Shown here in pieces: positions 1 through 13,800 of a stretch of DNA of 64,000 bases (within the stretch, counting starts at the first letter, position 1; the number at the start of each line of letters is the position of its first letter). The notes beneath the pieces are model-generated. The model was not told the origin of the DNA and did not search any database. It saw nothing but the letters and a program-made list of their open reading frames with translations. The position numbers and the translations under genes were made by a program. Origin of the DNA: Phoronis australis (lineage: Eukaryota; Animalia; Phoronida). The stretch lies in contig NMRA01000427.1 in assembly GCA_002633005.1 (NCBI GenBank), positions 1 through 64,000 of the forward strand, in the 5' to 3' direction.

Positions 1-592
1 ACCAATTTTTTCTCCAATTTTTAAAGCCATCCAATGTGCCTGATTCTTGACCCATTGACGGAAGCATGGAACAACCATCGTCTTTTTAAATTCGATTGTC
101 TTTCATAAACAGTGATGTTTTCAAATAATTCTCGAACAAGTTGATGTGAATTATTTCTTGCAAAAAGTCAGCGAGCGATTGAATGTATTGGATGAGATAC
201 TGCTGTAACACGCAATTGGAATTTGCTACGTGCTCCGACAGAAAATTTCTGTAACAACGTCTTTCGTGATCAACAAATCAACTCTTCAGTCATGCAAATT
301 TAGATCATATCCTTAAAAATATATATTCTGACCTTGGAAAGTTTTGCCTTTTCAACGCGATCTGAAATCTTTAAGTTGGTAGTTAGAACGACAAAACCAC
401 AACAAAACTGTCATAATTGGCGGGGGCGGCTATACCCCAAAGACATAATGGCTGCGACATCTGTTTGCTAATGTCTTAAGAGGAACTTAGCCAGTTTTTA
501 TCAAATGAGGGAAAATTTCGGTAAAGATATTTCTAAATCCACACGGATTACCTCGCTACTTTATTCTTAAAGGCAGTACGCTAAATCTTCAG

Positions 593-725
593 GTATGATT
601 ACATTTAACTCTGAGGTGAAGAACCAGTTCCACCTGAACCTGTTCAACGACACGGCAGCCATTGTTAGAAAAGTGAAAGGAACCAAATACACGAGAGGTG
701 GTACACAAACTTGGAAAGTCGTTCA
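593..725 (+). CDS. Exon: VWA domain, part 1
   Basis: [45 protein letters not shown], with the VWA GGTxT motif; donor gtaagt at 726. An alternative acceptor at 572/573 is possible. Confidence 0.85.
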
Positions 726-1830
726 GTAAGTATCGACGATACCCTGAGATTGGTGGATCATTGGTAAGGCTCATTGTGATGATGGTGGTGTTGATCATAG
801 TGATAACGATTGTTGAGTCTGAGTAATTAAAATAGCCGCCAGCTTTACGGTACGTTTATACGAAACCTTTCTGTCCGTTCACTATCCGTCAACTTTCAAA
901 AGACATCGTCGTACACTTAAAAAAAATATACATTCGGAAAGCATTGGAATCCTGTTCAATGAAACGATAAATAAGACGTTGCAGTTCAAATATACATTAT
1001 AGTGAATGGACAGTGTAGATGTAAGTAAGGCATTTCCTATTATTTCTTGTACATTTTTCACAATTATCGTCTAGAACCACGTTTAATTCCGGCAATCTCG
1101 ACATAACCTGGTGTTGCTCCACATCTAGGCACGTTCTGGAAGTCATGACAACTTACATGTAGCGTTGTTCATTCACAATTGACCTTTAGGCGCAATAACG
1201 TCACTTAAAAGAGGTGTGCATGGAATGCTTAAGCTCGTCTAAAATATCTTTTAAAAAATTCCTGGCGAAAGTATCATCTCGCTAATGTTATTCTTTTCCA
1301 ATGTGTCAGAAGTTCCCGAAACAACTACACAATTCACGATTTTGAAATAGGCGAGCAATAACAAAATGGAAGTTCTTTACAGGACGGAAACAGATGATCT
1401 GGTTAGTAAGACACAAATTGAGACCACGCTTTTCGCTGCAAGTGGTTTATAACAAAATAACTTTCCTTTAACGAAACGCAAGTTTCTTATCCTTCAACAA
1501 AGGTAGTTGAAAATATGAATTAAAGGTAAAGAGCTTGACATCTGACGATCGTCTGAAAAGGATGTATATTTCTTTTAGGTACCTCCTGACTCAAAGTTTC
1601 ACGAAGGCCAACGGCTCACGCTCGGGTGTTCCTCATATTGCCATCTTTTTGACAGACGGGTACTCCGCTAGTACAAGGCTTACAATATCCGAAGCTGCAA
1701 GACTGCGTGCCAACAAAATCCGCGTTTTCGCGATTGGTAGGTCTGGTACCACGTGAACATGTGAGTGCAGAAAGACACAAGAACAGTGTCATTCAGAAAA
1801 TAATATGTTATTGACACACACGCGCACAAG

Positions 1831-1863
<33 letters not shown>

Positions 1864-4800
1864 ACGCACACGCACACACACACACACACATACATACACA
1901 CACATACAGTGACGCTTTACATTCATGTTCTCACTTTCCATTTCTCTATTTTGCTTACCTTAGGTGTCGGACCTAGGCTAAACATGGAAGAATTGAATGC
2001 TCTGGGCACGGACTCAGAAAGCGTTTTCATTGTGTCACATTTCAACGCGCTGAATGAAACCAAGACAAAGATATTGGAAAAGGCATGTACAGGTAAATTT
2101 GTGTGAAGAATATTGAATTCGGACATTTTTGGTGTTTCTGTCGTATTTCCGACAACGGCATCGTCTCAAACAAGAATTGTGGAAAGGCAGAAAAACAAGG
2201 TACATCTTACACTATCAGAATTGAACAAATCAATTCCTAGTGGACCTTTGGGAAATTTTTGGGGAGGAGGGTGCGACATCATCCGATACATCCGGCCATA
2301 GTCGGACATGGGACAATAATGATGTTATCAATCTTACTAGTATGAAAATATTAAAACAATTTCGATAGAGTTAGTCACAGAATTGTATTATTACCTACTA
2401 TCACTAGTAATTCCACATAATGTTTTAAGTTTTGAATCTAGTACGTGATCTTATCTTAATACAGGAACCTGTGTGTTGTCAAACTATCACGAAATTTTGC
2501 AAGAATACTTGCGTCGCGGACGGTAGCGTGACCCTGGAGATACATCAATGAATGAGTCTATAAACTAAAGATGCTTACAATTTTCTTTGAAAAAATGGGT
2601 TATGATAAAGGCGCATAAGTCTAACGTATACAGGTGTACCAGGAACTGCAAAAGACCGCGTTTGTGTAGTCGCCATCCAACGTCAGCTACCCTTTTTGGT
2701 TTAAACCTTAATTCATATGAAAATGGCTTCAGATTGTCCCTCACACAAATTAGGTGAGATTTGGACTTGGAGACAGTTCTTTTTTGCCAGAGACCAACTT
2801 CCACAATTTGAAATGTTACTGCGCAGAATTTCCTTCACGGAGCGTGGCCTCGGTTAATAGCTGTCTTTCGTATGTCTGTGATACAAACAATCCCTTCTCA
2901 TTTGAGTAACGAACAAGTTGATACCCACTGTAAAGAGATTATAGCTTGTTCTTTTTCAAGTTTCATCAAAAACAGAATTTTTTGCCGCTGTAAGAGGAAT
3001 GATCCCAACTTATTGCGTCATTCCATATGATATCACCCAGAGAGTGTCAGGTCAACGTCTCAGAATATGATGAAAACGTACTGAGATATTAGTCATGGTA
3101 CATGATGATTACCTGCAAAATTTTATTCACCTAAGTCAAAGGGTCTCCGAGATATGGCACTTCAAAATATTGTGTGCCACGCTTATTTTTGACCTCGCGA
3201 ATTGAAAAAGTGAATTTTCAGAGCTTGGAGGCCGGTCACTTCAAAATTAAGCATTGGATTGTTCTGGAAATGATTGTGAGGATTAACTGAATAATAAGCT
3301 GTTAGAGTCAATTAGATTTCACTTGGCTAATATCATACCTGAACTGAGGGGCCCCAAATGCCATAAAACTGTGATCGCGACTCCCGAATTCGACTATTGA
3401 TTGGCTCCAGAATATTACATATAATAATTTAAAGCACTTTAGCTGTCAATAAGTATTATTCCTTTTTACTGTTAACAGCAAAAAGTAAAAAACAACCTAT
3501 TTTGGTGGTCAATGTTGAAGTTATGTGGCACTAAAAAGCATTCTCAGTCATGTAACGCATTTCTTCAGCAATTTTGGGACCCGGAAAACCAATGGCATTT
3601 AAGTGGCCACCCTTTTTGTGTTTTTATTGACAAATTCTTAAGTGTTGACTAACAGATAGAGGGCTCAAATTTGGACTGGATAACGTTTAGTTTCCTGTTT
3701 TTTGTGAAATTGTGTGACCGACTTTCATGTTGAGGAAGGTCACTTCCTGCACCGTCTTGTTACCACACGGCGGTGGAGTAAACTGTCACTCTTTTTCAAG
3801 CATAATTATGTTTAGCCTTTCATAACTAAGGAGTCCCATTTCAGACAGGACCCTCTTTTGGTGCAGCAGTTCGGAGAAAAGTCCCTTTGTCCCTCTATAC
3901 ATGTACATGGAAATCCGACACTGCCAAGTATTCACCAGGGAAGTTGAGATTCCAGAATCGTCAAAAAAACACCAAAAATTCGTGCACAGCCCAGACGTGT
4001 CAGGACATTCTACCCAAACAACTAAAATTGTGAACAAAATACAATAGAATTGACCGCCATCGAAAGTGTGGAATTTTGAAGAACGTGAAGATCACTATTT
4101 GTGAATTACGAAAAGGACTATTTCCGATGGTTAGTTATAGAATAATGTTACTGTTTCCCTTAGTATCACAAGAATATTACACTGTATATCTTTTGAAAAT
4201 GGTTACTGTGAGTTGTTTGTAAGGATTTCCCCACATGTGAAAACACTGCTGTAGAGGCTTCCATTGGGTTGACAGTGTACATGTGAAACGAATGTACTAA
4301 AATACTCGCATTAATAAACAAATATTGCAGGTTTTTTCTGGCATTGGCAGGTGAGAAGAGTAGTTTAACTTAAAACATTTTAAATATTACAACATGACTA
4401 AAAATGTTAATTTGTTTTTATCTTCTCAAAAAGACACTTCCCGAAAGGAACGATACCGCTTTTTGTTATTTCTTTTTAATACTCCTGTCTTCTTGTTTTT
4501 CTCTTACCCTGAAGGGGTTGCTGTCTTTGCATTTTATTTTTAAACTTGAAGAACTGAAGCAGTGGTAAATTTTGATCGGCAGCGAAACTTAGTAGTAGTC
4601 TAGTCAAGTGTGAACCCATCCCTTAACTTTCCAGGTTACAGCTACACTAACTATGTCGCGAGTCATTAGTTCAAGTTTAATCTTTATTAGAACTCAAATC
4701 ATACGAAAGTGCAAATATTGTGATAGCCTAACTGAAATTTGGAATTTCTAGAAAATTTCGGTTGTACTGGCTGCAAAACTAATTTAGGTTTTTGTCAGTC

Positions 4801-7800
4801 ATAAAATTTAAAATGAAGAGTGAGCACAAGCCACAACTGAATCCTATAAATCTGGTTAAACTAAATTGAAAAATAGTAAAAGAATAATGCATGTGATATT
4901 GTTTACTCTGATCAGCGTGTGTCAATCCACCGAGTATATCAAAACGCACGGTCGTTTATCTTCAATTGTACTCAATGTTTGTAGTTTTCACATGATTGAT
5001 TCATCGAATTTTAAAAATCGAAAACCCTACGTGGTCGCCTTTTCCAGCTAAATACAGCCGTGGTGTTCGTGTTTAACGAATTTTTGGTTCGTGTATTTTG
5101 AAAATTCGCCATCTTGTACAGGAAGAGATGTTTACTACGTTTATGGTCCAGTAATTGCGCTTAACTCCGGTGCTGCGCTCTCTCATGATCTGGTAAAGCC
5201 GCTTAGAATGACGGCGGTGAAAATACTTTAGAAAACCGTGACTTCCTCTGTTCCTTGTAAACGTGTTATTCACGGCATGTTTATCAAAACGAAACTTGTG
5301 ATTTTTACAAAAGTTTGCACAAAACACAACGACAATTTGGAAAATTGTAACAGCTTTTTTAGATGTCATTGTGAATATTTGGTAAATTAATAAAATACGG
5401 TAAAAATCAGGGTTTGGTTGCAATATGCGCACACATACCTAAGTATTCTTTTATTTTTCGAATTTAACAAAATGCATGATCAAGTAACTCAGGTACGTTA
5501 AAAACATTCTTTTTTATCGTGTTAAATTCAATAACTTGGGAAATATTTGGCTAAATGCCCAAAGTTGTCGATAAGGTTTCAACGCACAATGGCCTCGTAT
5601 ATTGCAGTTTGTTTCACGGTAGTGTTTTTAAAACATGTTTCTTCCAGCAATGTAAGGTGTGGTATAGATAACGTTTGGATCGACGCTTGTTGACTTCAGT
5701 GGTGCCACATGTATATACACCCATGCCATTGGTCTAGAATTCACCTTATTTGCACGAATGAATTGTAAGAGGCCGCGTTTTCGGCGTGCGGTCAGATTTC
5801 CCTTACGTGCATGCATAAAGTGTACCTGAGGGTCAGTGGATCAATATTGCTTTTGTTGCTGTTAATAAGATCCATGGCCTAGTTTCTTTTTTGCAACTGT
5901 TGGTATTCATGACTTTGCCTATTATGCACTTTTAGAGTGACCCATGTTACTGCAGGGAGTGAAGGACAACAACTTAAGATCCGATCGCCTTTATAATATT
6001 TGAACAGTTCTCTCAAACTCTACAAGCACGCCTCCCTATTTATTGTAGAGCCGCGATTAAAAAAAGTTCAGAATTGAAAATATAAAGTGTGAGATGCGCC
6101 TACAATGCATCTTGCAATGGATAATCCGCGGTGCAAGAGTAGACAAACTTTTTAATTTACAGCACGCCTCTTTTTCTTCTCATCATGTGTTAAAAACTTG
6201 TACAAGGCAGAAGACATTACTGAAGATGAAATTCACAAGGAAGCTGTGACGGGGGTGCCGTTTACGCAAAACACGTTCAAAGTATCATTCTGGAAAACAA
6301 ACTACTGCACTTTGTCCAGGGTACAATAGATGCCATGTGCTGAAGAAGAGTTATAGTTAGTTTATTAACCGGCACTGCATATTCTCTCTCACACACAACT
6401 CAGCCACACACAGTTACCACTACTGACACAGTCTTCTAAATGTTCTATTATGAAATCGCGATCATGCCGGAGATCAGGGAAGGTGCAGTGTCGGTGATAC
6501 TGGCTACACGTCACATAAAACGTAACGAGTTAGTAAGGTTACATTATATATCCCACAGGTACGCCTATAACCCCNGAATTCCCAGCGCTGTCATTTACTC
6601 CCCGCTCAATTGCTTCCTTCCAATGGCCGTTTTCGTCAACTGCCTGCATTTTCTGTCCATCTTCCATTTTGAAACGGCTACTTTTGAATTGAGAGCAAAA
6701 ACAACAACACAGCCATCCTCACGTGTTGGCCGGACTCACTACTCACCACCATGCGCGAGTTAGGTCCTTATAGACATGTTCACCAAAATGAAACTGCTGT
6801 TTTCTTGTTAAAATATAGAGTACGATTTTACTTACATGTTGATAATTTAACATGCAAATAGTTTACAAATGACAATTATAAGTCGAGAGACCGCCCCGAG
6901 TTGGCTGCTGGAGCATCTCGGGGCGGTCTGGGATCAAGCGGAAAAACCACAGGGTAGATCTGTGGTCGACGAATCTATTCGGTCGATTACATTTTATTGC
7001 CTGTGAAGCCGCTAAGGGCTGCCTGAAGAAATATGACTCGTGCGTTTGTATTTTCGCCTTTTTCAATGACATGTAAAAGATTCATCAACAAATTCCTCGT
7101 AAAATTCTGAAAACAAGCGTTTTTCTCCCACGAAAATCGATGAAGTTTTGGCCGAGATATTTCACTTTCAGTGCAGGCTAGCCCTGCACACTCAGAGAAT
7201 CGTCACACAAGATTACTACGCGGTAATGCGGTTTCACTGTCAACAAAGGAAGACGTCAAAATCGACTTATAACTGTCATTTTTAAACTATTTGCATGTTA
7301 AATTATCAAAATGTAAGTAAAATCGTACTCTATATTTTAACAAGAAAACAGCAATTTCATTTTGGTGAACATGTCTATGAGGACCTAACTCGCGCATGGT
7401 GGTGAGTAGTGAGTCCGGCCAACACGTGAGGATGGCTGTGTTGNNNNNNNNNNNNNNNNNNNNNNNNNNNNNNNNNNNNNNNNNNNNNNNNNNNNNNNNN
7501 NNNNNNNNNNNNNNNNNTGAGCCGATCGACTACGTCGGGCTCGGTTCCTGGACCTGGTGAAGAAAAACGTAAGTATTTTTTGTCATCCCTTATGCTCGCA
7601 TGATGCTGTTGGCTGTTTAGATAAAATATACCGTGTTTGCGTGGGATTTTGTGTTCATGAAATTACAGACTATGTACTTGTACCACATTTAAAGTCAGAG
7701 AAACATTGTTACTTAGTGAAAGATAAACGTCTAGGCGAATATACGATGGTGCCTTCAATGTTGTATTTGTTCTTTGTAAAGTAGATTTACTGTAACAAGT

Positions 7801-10800
7801 CCGATGTTGTCGGATTGAATTGGTATTCCGGGATTTTCAATGCCAGTGGCAGATCCAGAATTTTTGGAATGGTGTTCGCAAATGAAATAATGTCAAGCCA
7901 TTGTTTTAAGTTACCATTTAAGTTTTATTAATAAGAGGTGGAGACAGCAATCTTCAGCTGTGTCTTATGTTTCATTTCCTTGTTTTCTGTAGATCCCCCC
8001 AACCCCCTTGCTATTGTGCACTCTCTGTTGACTGAATTTGATGACATAATATATTGATAAGCCATTGTATCCTGCATACCAGTACTAGCCTAACCCTTAG
8101 TCCTACACACCTGGCCCTATTGTTCACTCTTGACTTTTGTTTACAAAATAATCCAGTCCAGTCTACACCCTGATTGCTTATTTAATATTTACCAATGAGT
8201 AAACTGTTTTTCGCTTGTTGAACCTTTTCTTACTGTCAATAATCCAGTCCAGTCTACACCCTGATTGCTTAGTTTAATATTTACCAGTGAGTAAACTGTA
8301 TTTCACTTGTTGAATCTTTTCTTACTATCATGCAGCTCTTGCGTGACAGTGCACATGTACTTTTATCTCCTCTTTTTCGAACCACTCATTAAAGCGTTTT
8401 AAAGGTTCGGTTTCTTTTCATAAATGTTTTCATCGTTGGTTTCTAATTCGTTCAATTGCTTCCCAAAACATCCAGTTCTTCATAATTTTAAAACTCCTGA
8501 GTCCTGAGCATTGAGCAACACTCAACAATCCCTCTCAAAAATGTTGCCCTTCCGGCAAATAGTGATGTGACCTGACTACATGAGTGTAAGTTGTGGTACA
8601 CTACTGCACGTGCTTAAGGTCATCAGTACCAGAAGTTTTAAATTCACACCACCAAAACTGTGACTGTTTACATTTCAGAGAACTGGCCATGACAATTTCA
8701 AGAAGGTATACCGCTTGACAGTTGCATTTATGTACACGTTGAAGCCTGGAGAATACAGACTTGATCAGGGCTTGGGATTTCCATCTTTTAAGAGAAATTC
8801 TTTTTTTTTTGGTGTAGATTTTCTCTGATTGGATTTCCAGTTTCCTCTTTTTATGATTTTTTCGACTTTATTAAATGTTTAGTTCAGGTAAATTTTACAT
8901 CCAAAAATGTCTATCACCCAAGCCTAATTTTTGTGTATCATACATCAGCTGGAAATTTCTCCGCTGTTTTTGTTATTGTTCCAATTCCTGTAAAAAGATC
9001 AATGACAGGGCCCAGGTATCAATTCCGGTATTTTTGGCACTTAATCATGTTTGAAAGTGTTGTACTGTGTTTGGAAATTTATTTGAAAAGCTGTTTTTTT
9101 TTCTGCTCAACAGCTCATGACCTTACTGGATTTAAGGGCCCCGTCAGAGCATTTATTAGTGTGCCCTCCACTCATTTCCAATGTTCTATGTATATCAAAT
9201 GCTTTGAGATGCCAGCAGGGACGGTATTTTTGGCACTTAATCGTGTTTGAAAGTGTTGTACTGTGTTTTGAAATTTGTTTGAAAAGCTGTTTTTTTTTCT
9301 GCTGAACAGCTTATGACCTTACTGGATTTAAAGGCCCCACCGGAGCATTTATTAGTGTGCCCTCCACTCATTTCCAATGTTCTATGTATATCAAATGCTT
9401 TGAGATGCCAGCAGGGTAGTATTCTGCAAGCAGCTTTGTTGACCATTGTGGTCAGTGAGAATGTCCTACTCATATGTGTATGAATGCATAGTATGTGCAC
9501 CTCATTCATGTACCACACCAGTATTGCCTGTGTTGTTTTGGAAATGTGTAAGCTGCTTGTGTTGTATGGGCATTGTTGAGCTTGAAGTGCTAGTACTCCT
9601 ATAAAACTAGGGATGTATTTATTTCGACATGTGTCCGTTATTGTTGTTACTAGTTTATTGCTTAACCAGTGTATCTATTTTGAATATTCTTCAAGCCTTG
9701 GATGACTGATCTTTTCAGTTTAGGATAGTTATTGTTTTCATCCCATGAAGTGAATTACATTCTGTCTTTTTGTTCAGTGACTCCTGGTGTGGTTTGGAAA
9801 TGGTTGTTTTTTCGGCTGAAATGCAGATTTTTTACTAAGTTCTGCAATGACCCTGTCATTTCCACATGGTTATCTTGAAAAGCAAATTCTTGTATACATA
9901 TTATTTTCATCTTGTGAGGTGTGCAATTTATTGCGGTTTTCAGTGACTGGTTCCACCAGGGATAGCAGTATTGTGCACCTACCGGTACTTTGCTCAAACC
10001 CATGTTTCATATTATTATATTGATAACTTTTCCTCGTGAAGGTAGTGATCTCAGCAGTTATATCACTTATGGTGTTTTGTCAAGTAGTAGAACCTTGTAC
10101 TGCTATGACACAAATTTTGAAGGTTCCTATGTTGTAGTTAAGTCCCACTTTAAATATTTTGCTCACCATGTGAGTTATTGTTTACATGGAGGGATTCATA
10201 CTTATGGATGATCTCATCAGGGATTGCATGTAACACTATTTGGGTGTGTATATTTGTTACATGTTCATTGTATAAAGTGTATTGTTTATATTGCAGAGTT
10301 TATAATTGTTAGTTTAAAAGATTTCGGTAGGTTATCTCAACAGTGCTTAGTGCATGTTTTGCTCATCCTGTGAAGTGTAATATTTATACTGAAGAGTTTA
10401 TCATCGCTAGTGCCTGTGTCCCTTATTGCTTTTCCCATAGTATGAACAACTAGTCATGTTAACGTTTGAAATTCTCATGTACAATATATATTACATTATT
10501 CCGAAATCTTACACTTATTTTCATTGCCCAAGCACTAATCTGAAGAGTGGCCTACTAGTTATGTGGAATGTGCACAATGCATTGTTAAGCCAGGTGATCG
10601 TATGCCGCTGGGTTTTTGTTTTCTTACTCTTTGTGAACGCAGTGCCTGTAAATCGCATTTATTCCTAAGTTTATGTAATCATTTTAAATTACAAAACATG
10701 AAACCCTGGGAACCGGTGGGGCAGTTAAATTTTGACATCGACAATATATACGTGTCATTTGAAGTAGTAGCCCGTTGTAGGGGGCCACGACCAAAAATAT

Positions 10801-13800
10801 GTGTACACATCACATGTTTAACCACAAACAACAAGTGAAAGAGTTACTTTTTCATATGGGTACACATCACATGTTTAACCACAAACAACAAGTGAAAGAG
10901 TTACTTTTTCAGGTAAGCGACCCGTTGCGCGCTTTGGTTGTTTTTGTCCGTTTTAGGTGGCAAGTGGCGCTTTTTTCTTTGACGATTTCAGTGAGGTGCG
11001 TTTCAAAAAATCGTACTGTAGGCCTAAGTCATTTTTTCTGTGCCAGTTAATTTAGGTACACAGCAACTGAAAAAATGGATAAANCAACAAGTGAAAGAGT
11101 TACTTTTTCATATGGGCACACATCACATGTTTAACCACAAACAATAAGTGAAAGAGTTACATTTTCAGGTAAGCGACGCGTTGCGCGCTTTGGTTGTTTT
11201 TGTCCGTTTTAGGTGGCAAGTGGCGCTTTTTTCTTTGACGATTTCGCTGAGGTACGTTCCAGAAAATCGTACTGTAGGCCTAAGTCATTTTTTCTCTGCC
11301 AGTTAATTTAGGTACACAGCAACTGAAAAAATGGATAAATCACGTCATTTTAAATCTCCATATCGCTCCGTTATGGCCACTTCGACTTGGATGGATTTTG
11401 GCTCTTTCAAACAATATTTATGCGTTCCTTGACGAGAATTCCAGCAAGTCAAGTTTCGCCTAATTCAGCTTTTCATTCATTTTTATACCGTGTATGGTCG
11501 CTGGCAAAATAAGATACCTTCAAGATTTTAGTCTAGATGTTTCCTAACTCGGTTTTTGGCCATAACACTAGTTATAGGAATCTGATTATGAGCGCGCAAG
11601 AGAAGACGGAACATATTTGCGACGTTTCGGTTACTCAAAGTTAATGAGCCTAAACGTCAGAAGATATTTGTTTTCTCTTTCTCGCTTATAATGATTTTCA
11701 AGGGTTTCCGTCATTCAATTTCGGCAAGGTCGTCGCTTTCTCGCAAAACTACCGATTGGATGATCAATTACGCACTTATTTGCTCTCCGTTTTAACGTTG
11801 GTCATCGTCAATACACCTCCAAAAATTGCACATCGTCTTTGCGCAAACTACACTGAGATTTAAGTCTCCCAGAAAAAGTTGAAGATCGGATAGTGTTTAA
11901 AAGTCTAATTCTAAATTTCTCCAGTTAGTGCACAAATGAAGTAAAAGAAAGTAGTTCTGCTTGTCACGTCGGCTGTTGGTATCATTATCTCGATTTATTA
12001 CCCACAACGCGTGACTGGACAAAGCCTTTTCAAATTAGCCGGTGGAGCGTGAGACCCCTGAGGTCCCAATCGAGTCCTCACGACAACTTTGCGTTATGTG
12101 GATCAGGATCTCCGCGGTCGAAGTTGTATTTAAGTGGCACAGCCCTGGAATTGTTCCAACCCCAAGAATAATATTCAATNCCTCACGACAACTTTGCGTT
12201 ATGTCATAACCCAGCTCCGTGACCATGATTCCCACCAAAAAAAAACGCCTTTTACACGGTGTTAAAACTCACCTCACCGTTCCGGAATATAGTGAACAAG
12301 CTAAGACATGAATGTACGTATTTGGGCTAATTCGTTGCCCACAGGACGAACGCACGTTCAATGCAGTTCACAGAATAAACTGTGATAACCTAATGCATTA
12401 TCGCATATCTTCGGAGATTTGATTGTAGGCAAACATCCGGTGACCAACATCGGTGTACGTGCATCCGGCTATGTTCAACCCATGAGATACTTACCTGATC
12501 AGTAGAACTTATGCAATTCTTAACAATACATGTGCATAGTTTTCGTGCAAGTTTACTTTGTGCTGAGTTGTATTCTTAATGCAGTTTCCACCGTTTGCAA
12601 CTCTTTGAACTTTGTTCCTACAACTAGCTTCGAAGAAAATGATGTTTGTCGGCTTGGCCACGCCAGTTAAGTTTAACTTCTTCCAGACCCAACAACAAGA
12701 AGGCATTTCGGGAGCTGGGGGAAATCAGGATCGCTCTAAAATCCATTGGCCATAATCGGTGCTGTGATTGATATCCAACGTGTAAGATCAGTTATTATTG
12801 TCAGCTATTCACGCTGTCACATACCGACTCGGACATGGATTGTAATCTGTGTGTGGATTGTCTAATCTTATTATTCTAATGTATAATATACTGCCTGTGG
12901 TCCATCGGTAAGTCATATCGTTCACATAACACTGGTACTCTATCATATTCCTAAGCACCAAGGTCTTTGAGGTTGTGCCAGTGAACATCAATTCAAGGGG
13001 GGGGGGGCTCCCAAAATGAAACCATTTCGCAAGTTGGGTGTATTGTCATTGGTTGTGTTAGGCAATGACCACCATCCTACTGGCTCCACAGTAGAGACTG
13101 TGAAGCTCCATGTGAGGCACTTCATACGCCGGAAGATTTTCGCTTCGAAAAAAATGCCTCGCATTGACTTCAGCGTCAGTGCTACGTTGTTAGGAATGGT
13201 TTTGGGCATAGAGGGACAACTAAGGAGGCCGTCGATGTATTTAATTCCTTCCAACTCAAAACAAATACGAGTGCAGCCGATAACGAGTACGTCTAAACCG
13301 TGCATCAAGCGTGCTAGGAACAATGTCTGAGAGCTTGGAACTTCCTCGCCAGAACACGCGCGTTTATCATAAAAACTGTCCCCGAAAATACTCAGGCTCT
13401 TGAACACGCTGGGTTGGGGACATTATATTTGTCAGCCAAGAACACGCGTTTTGGTGGGACATATTGGTTGAAGTCACTTCTTTTGTTAATGTCAAAAATG
13501 TTTTCCCATCTAGCGCAACTTCTCAAAACAGAGGTACTCACGAGTTCCGAACAGTTGTAGAGACAGCAATAATAATATAGACCGGAAATTTTCATGATTT
13601 CTAATAATAGTATAGACCCGACATTTTTGCCACTAGAAGAGCAGAATAATAATATAGACTGGAGCTTTGCGGAAAAAAAAACAGTGTAGAATGGAATCAA
13701 TGTTAAAGATGGCAAATTTGTGGAACTTTAAAAATAGTATAGACTGGAATAATAATAATATTGATTACATATTTGAGTGAAATGTAAAATGTTCACGACG

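Noticed and set aside
10804-11339. Regular repeats as a possible CRISPR array
   Set aside because: There are no unique spacers or cas genes, the context is a eukaryotic intron, and the repeats are simple tandem duplications.
12490-13720. Cluster of overlapping minus-strand ORFs with a donor-like site
   Set aside because: It may be a decayed transposon gene, but I could not identify a convincing motif or a consistent frame.
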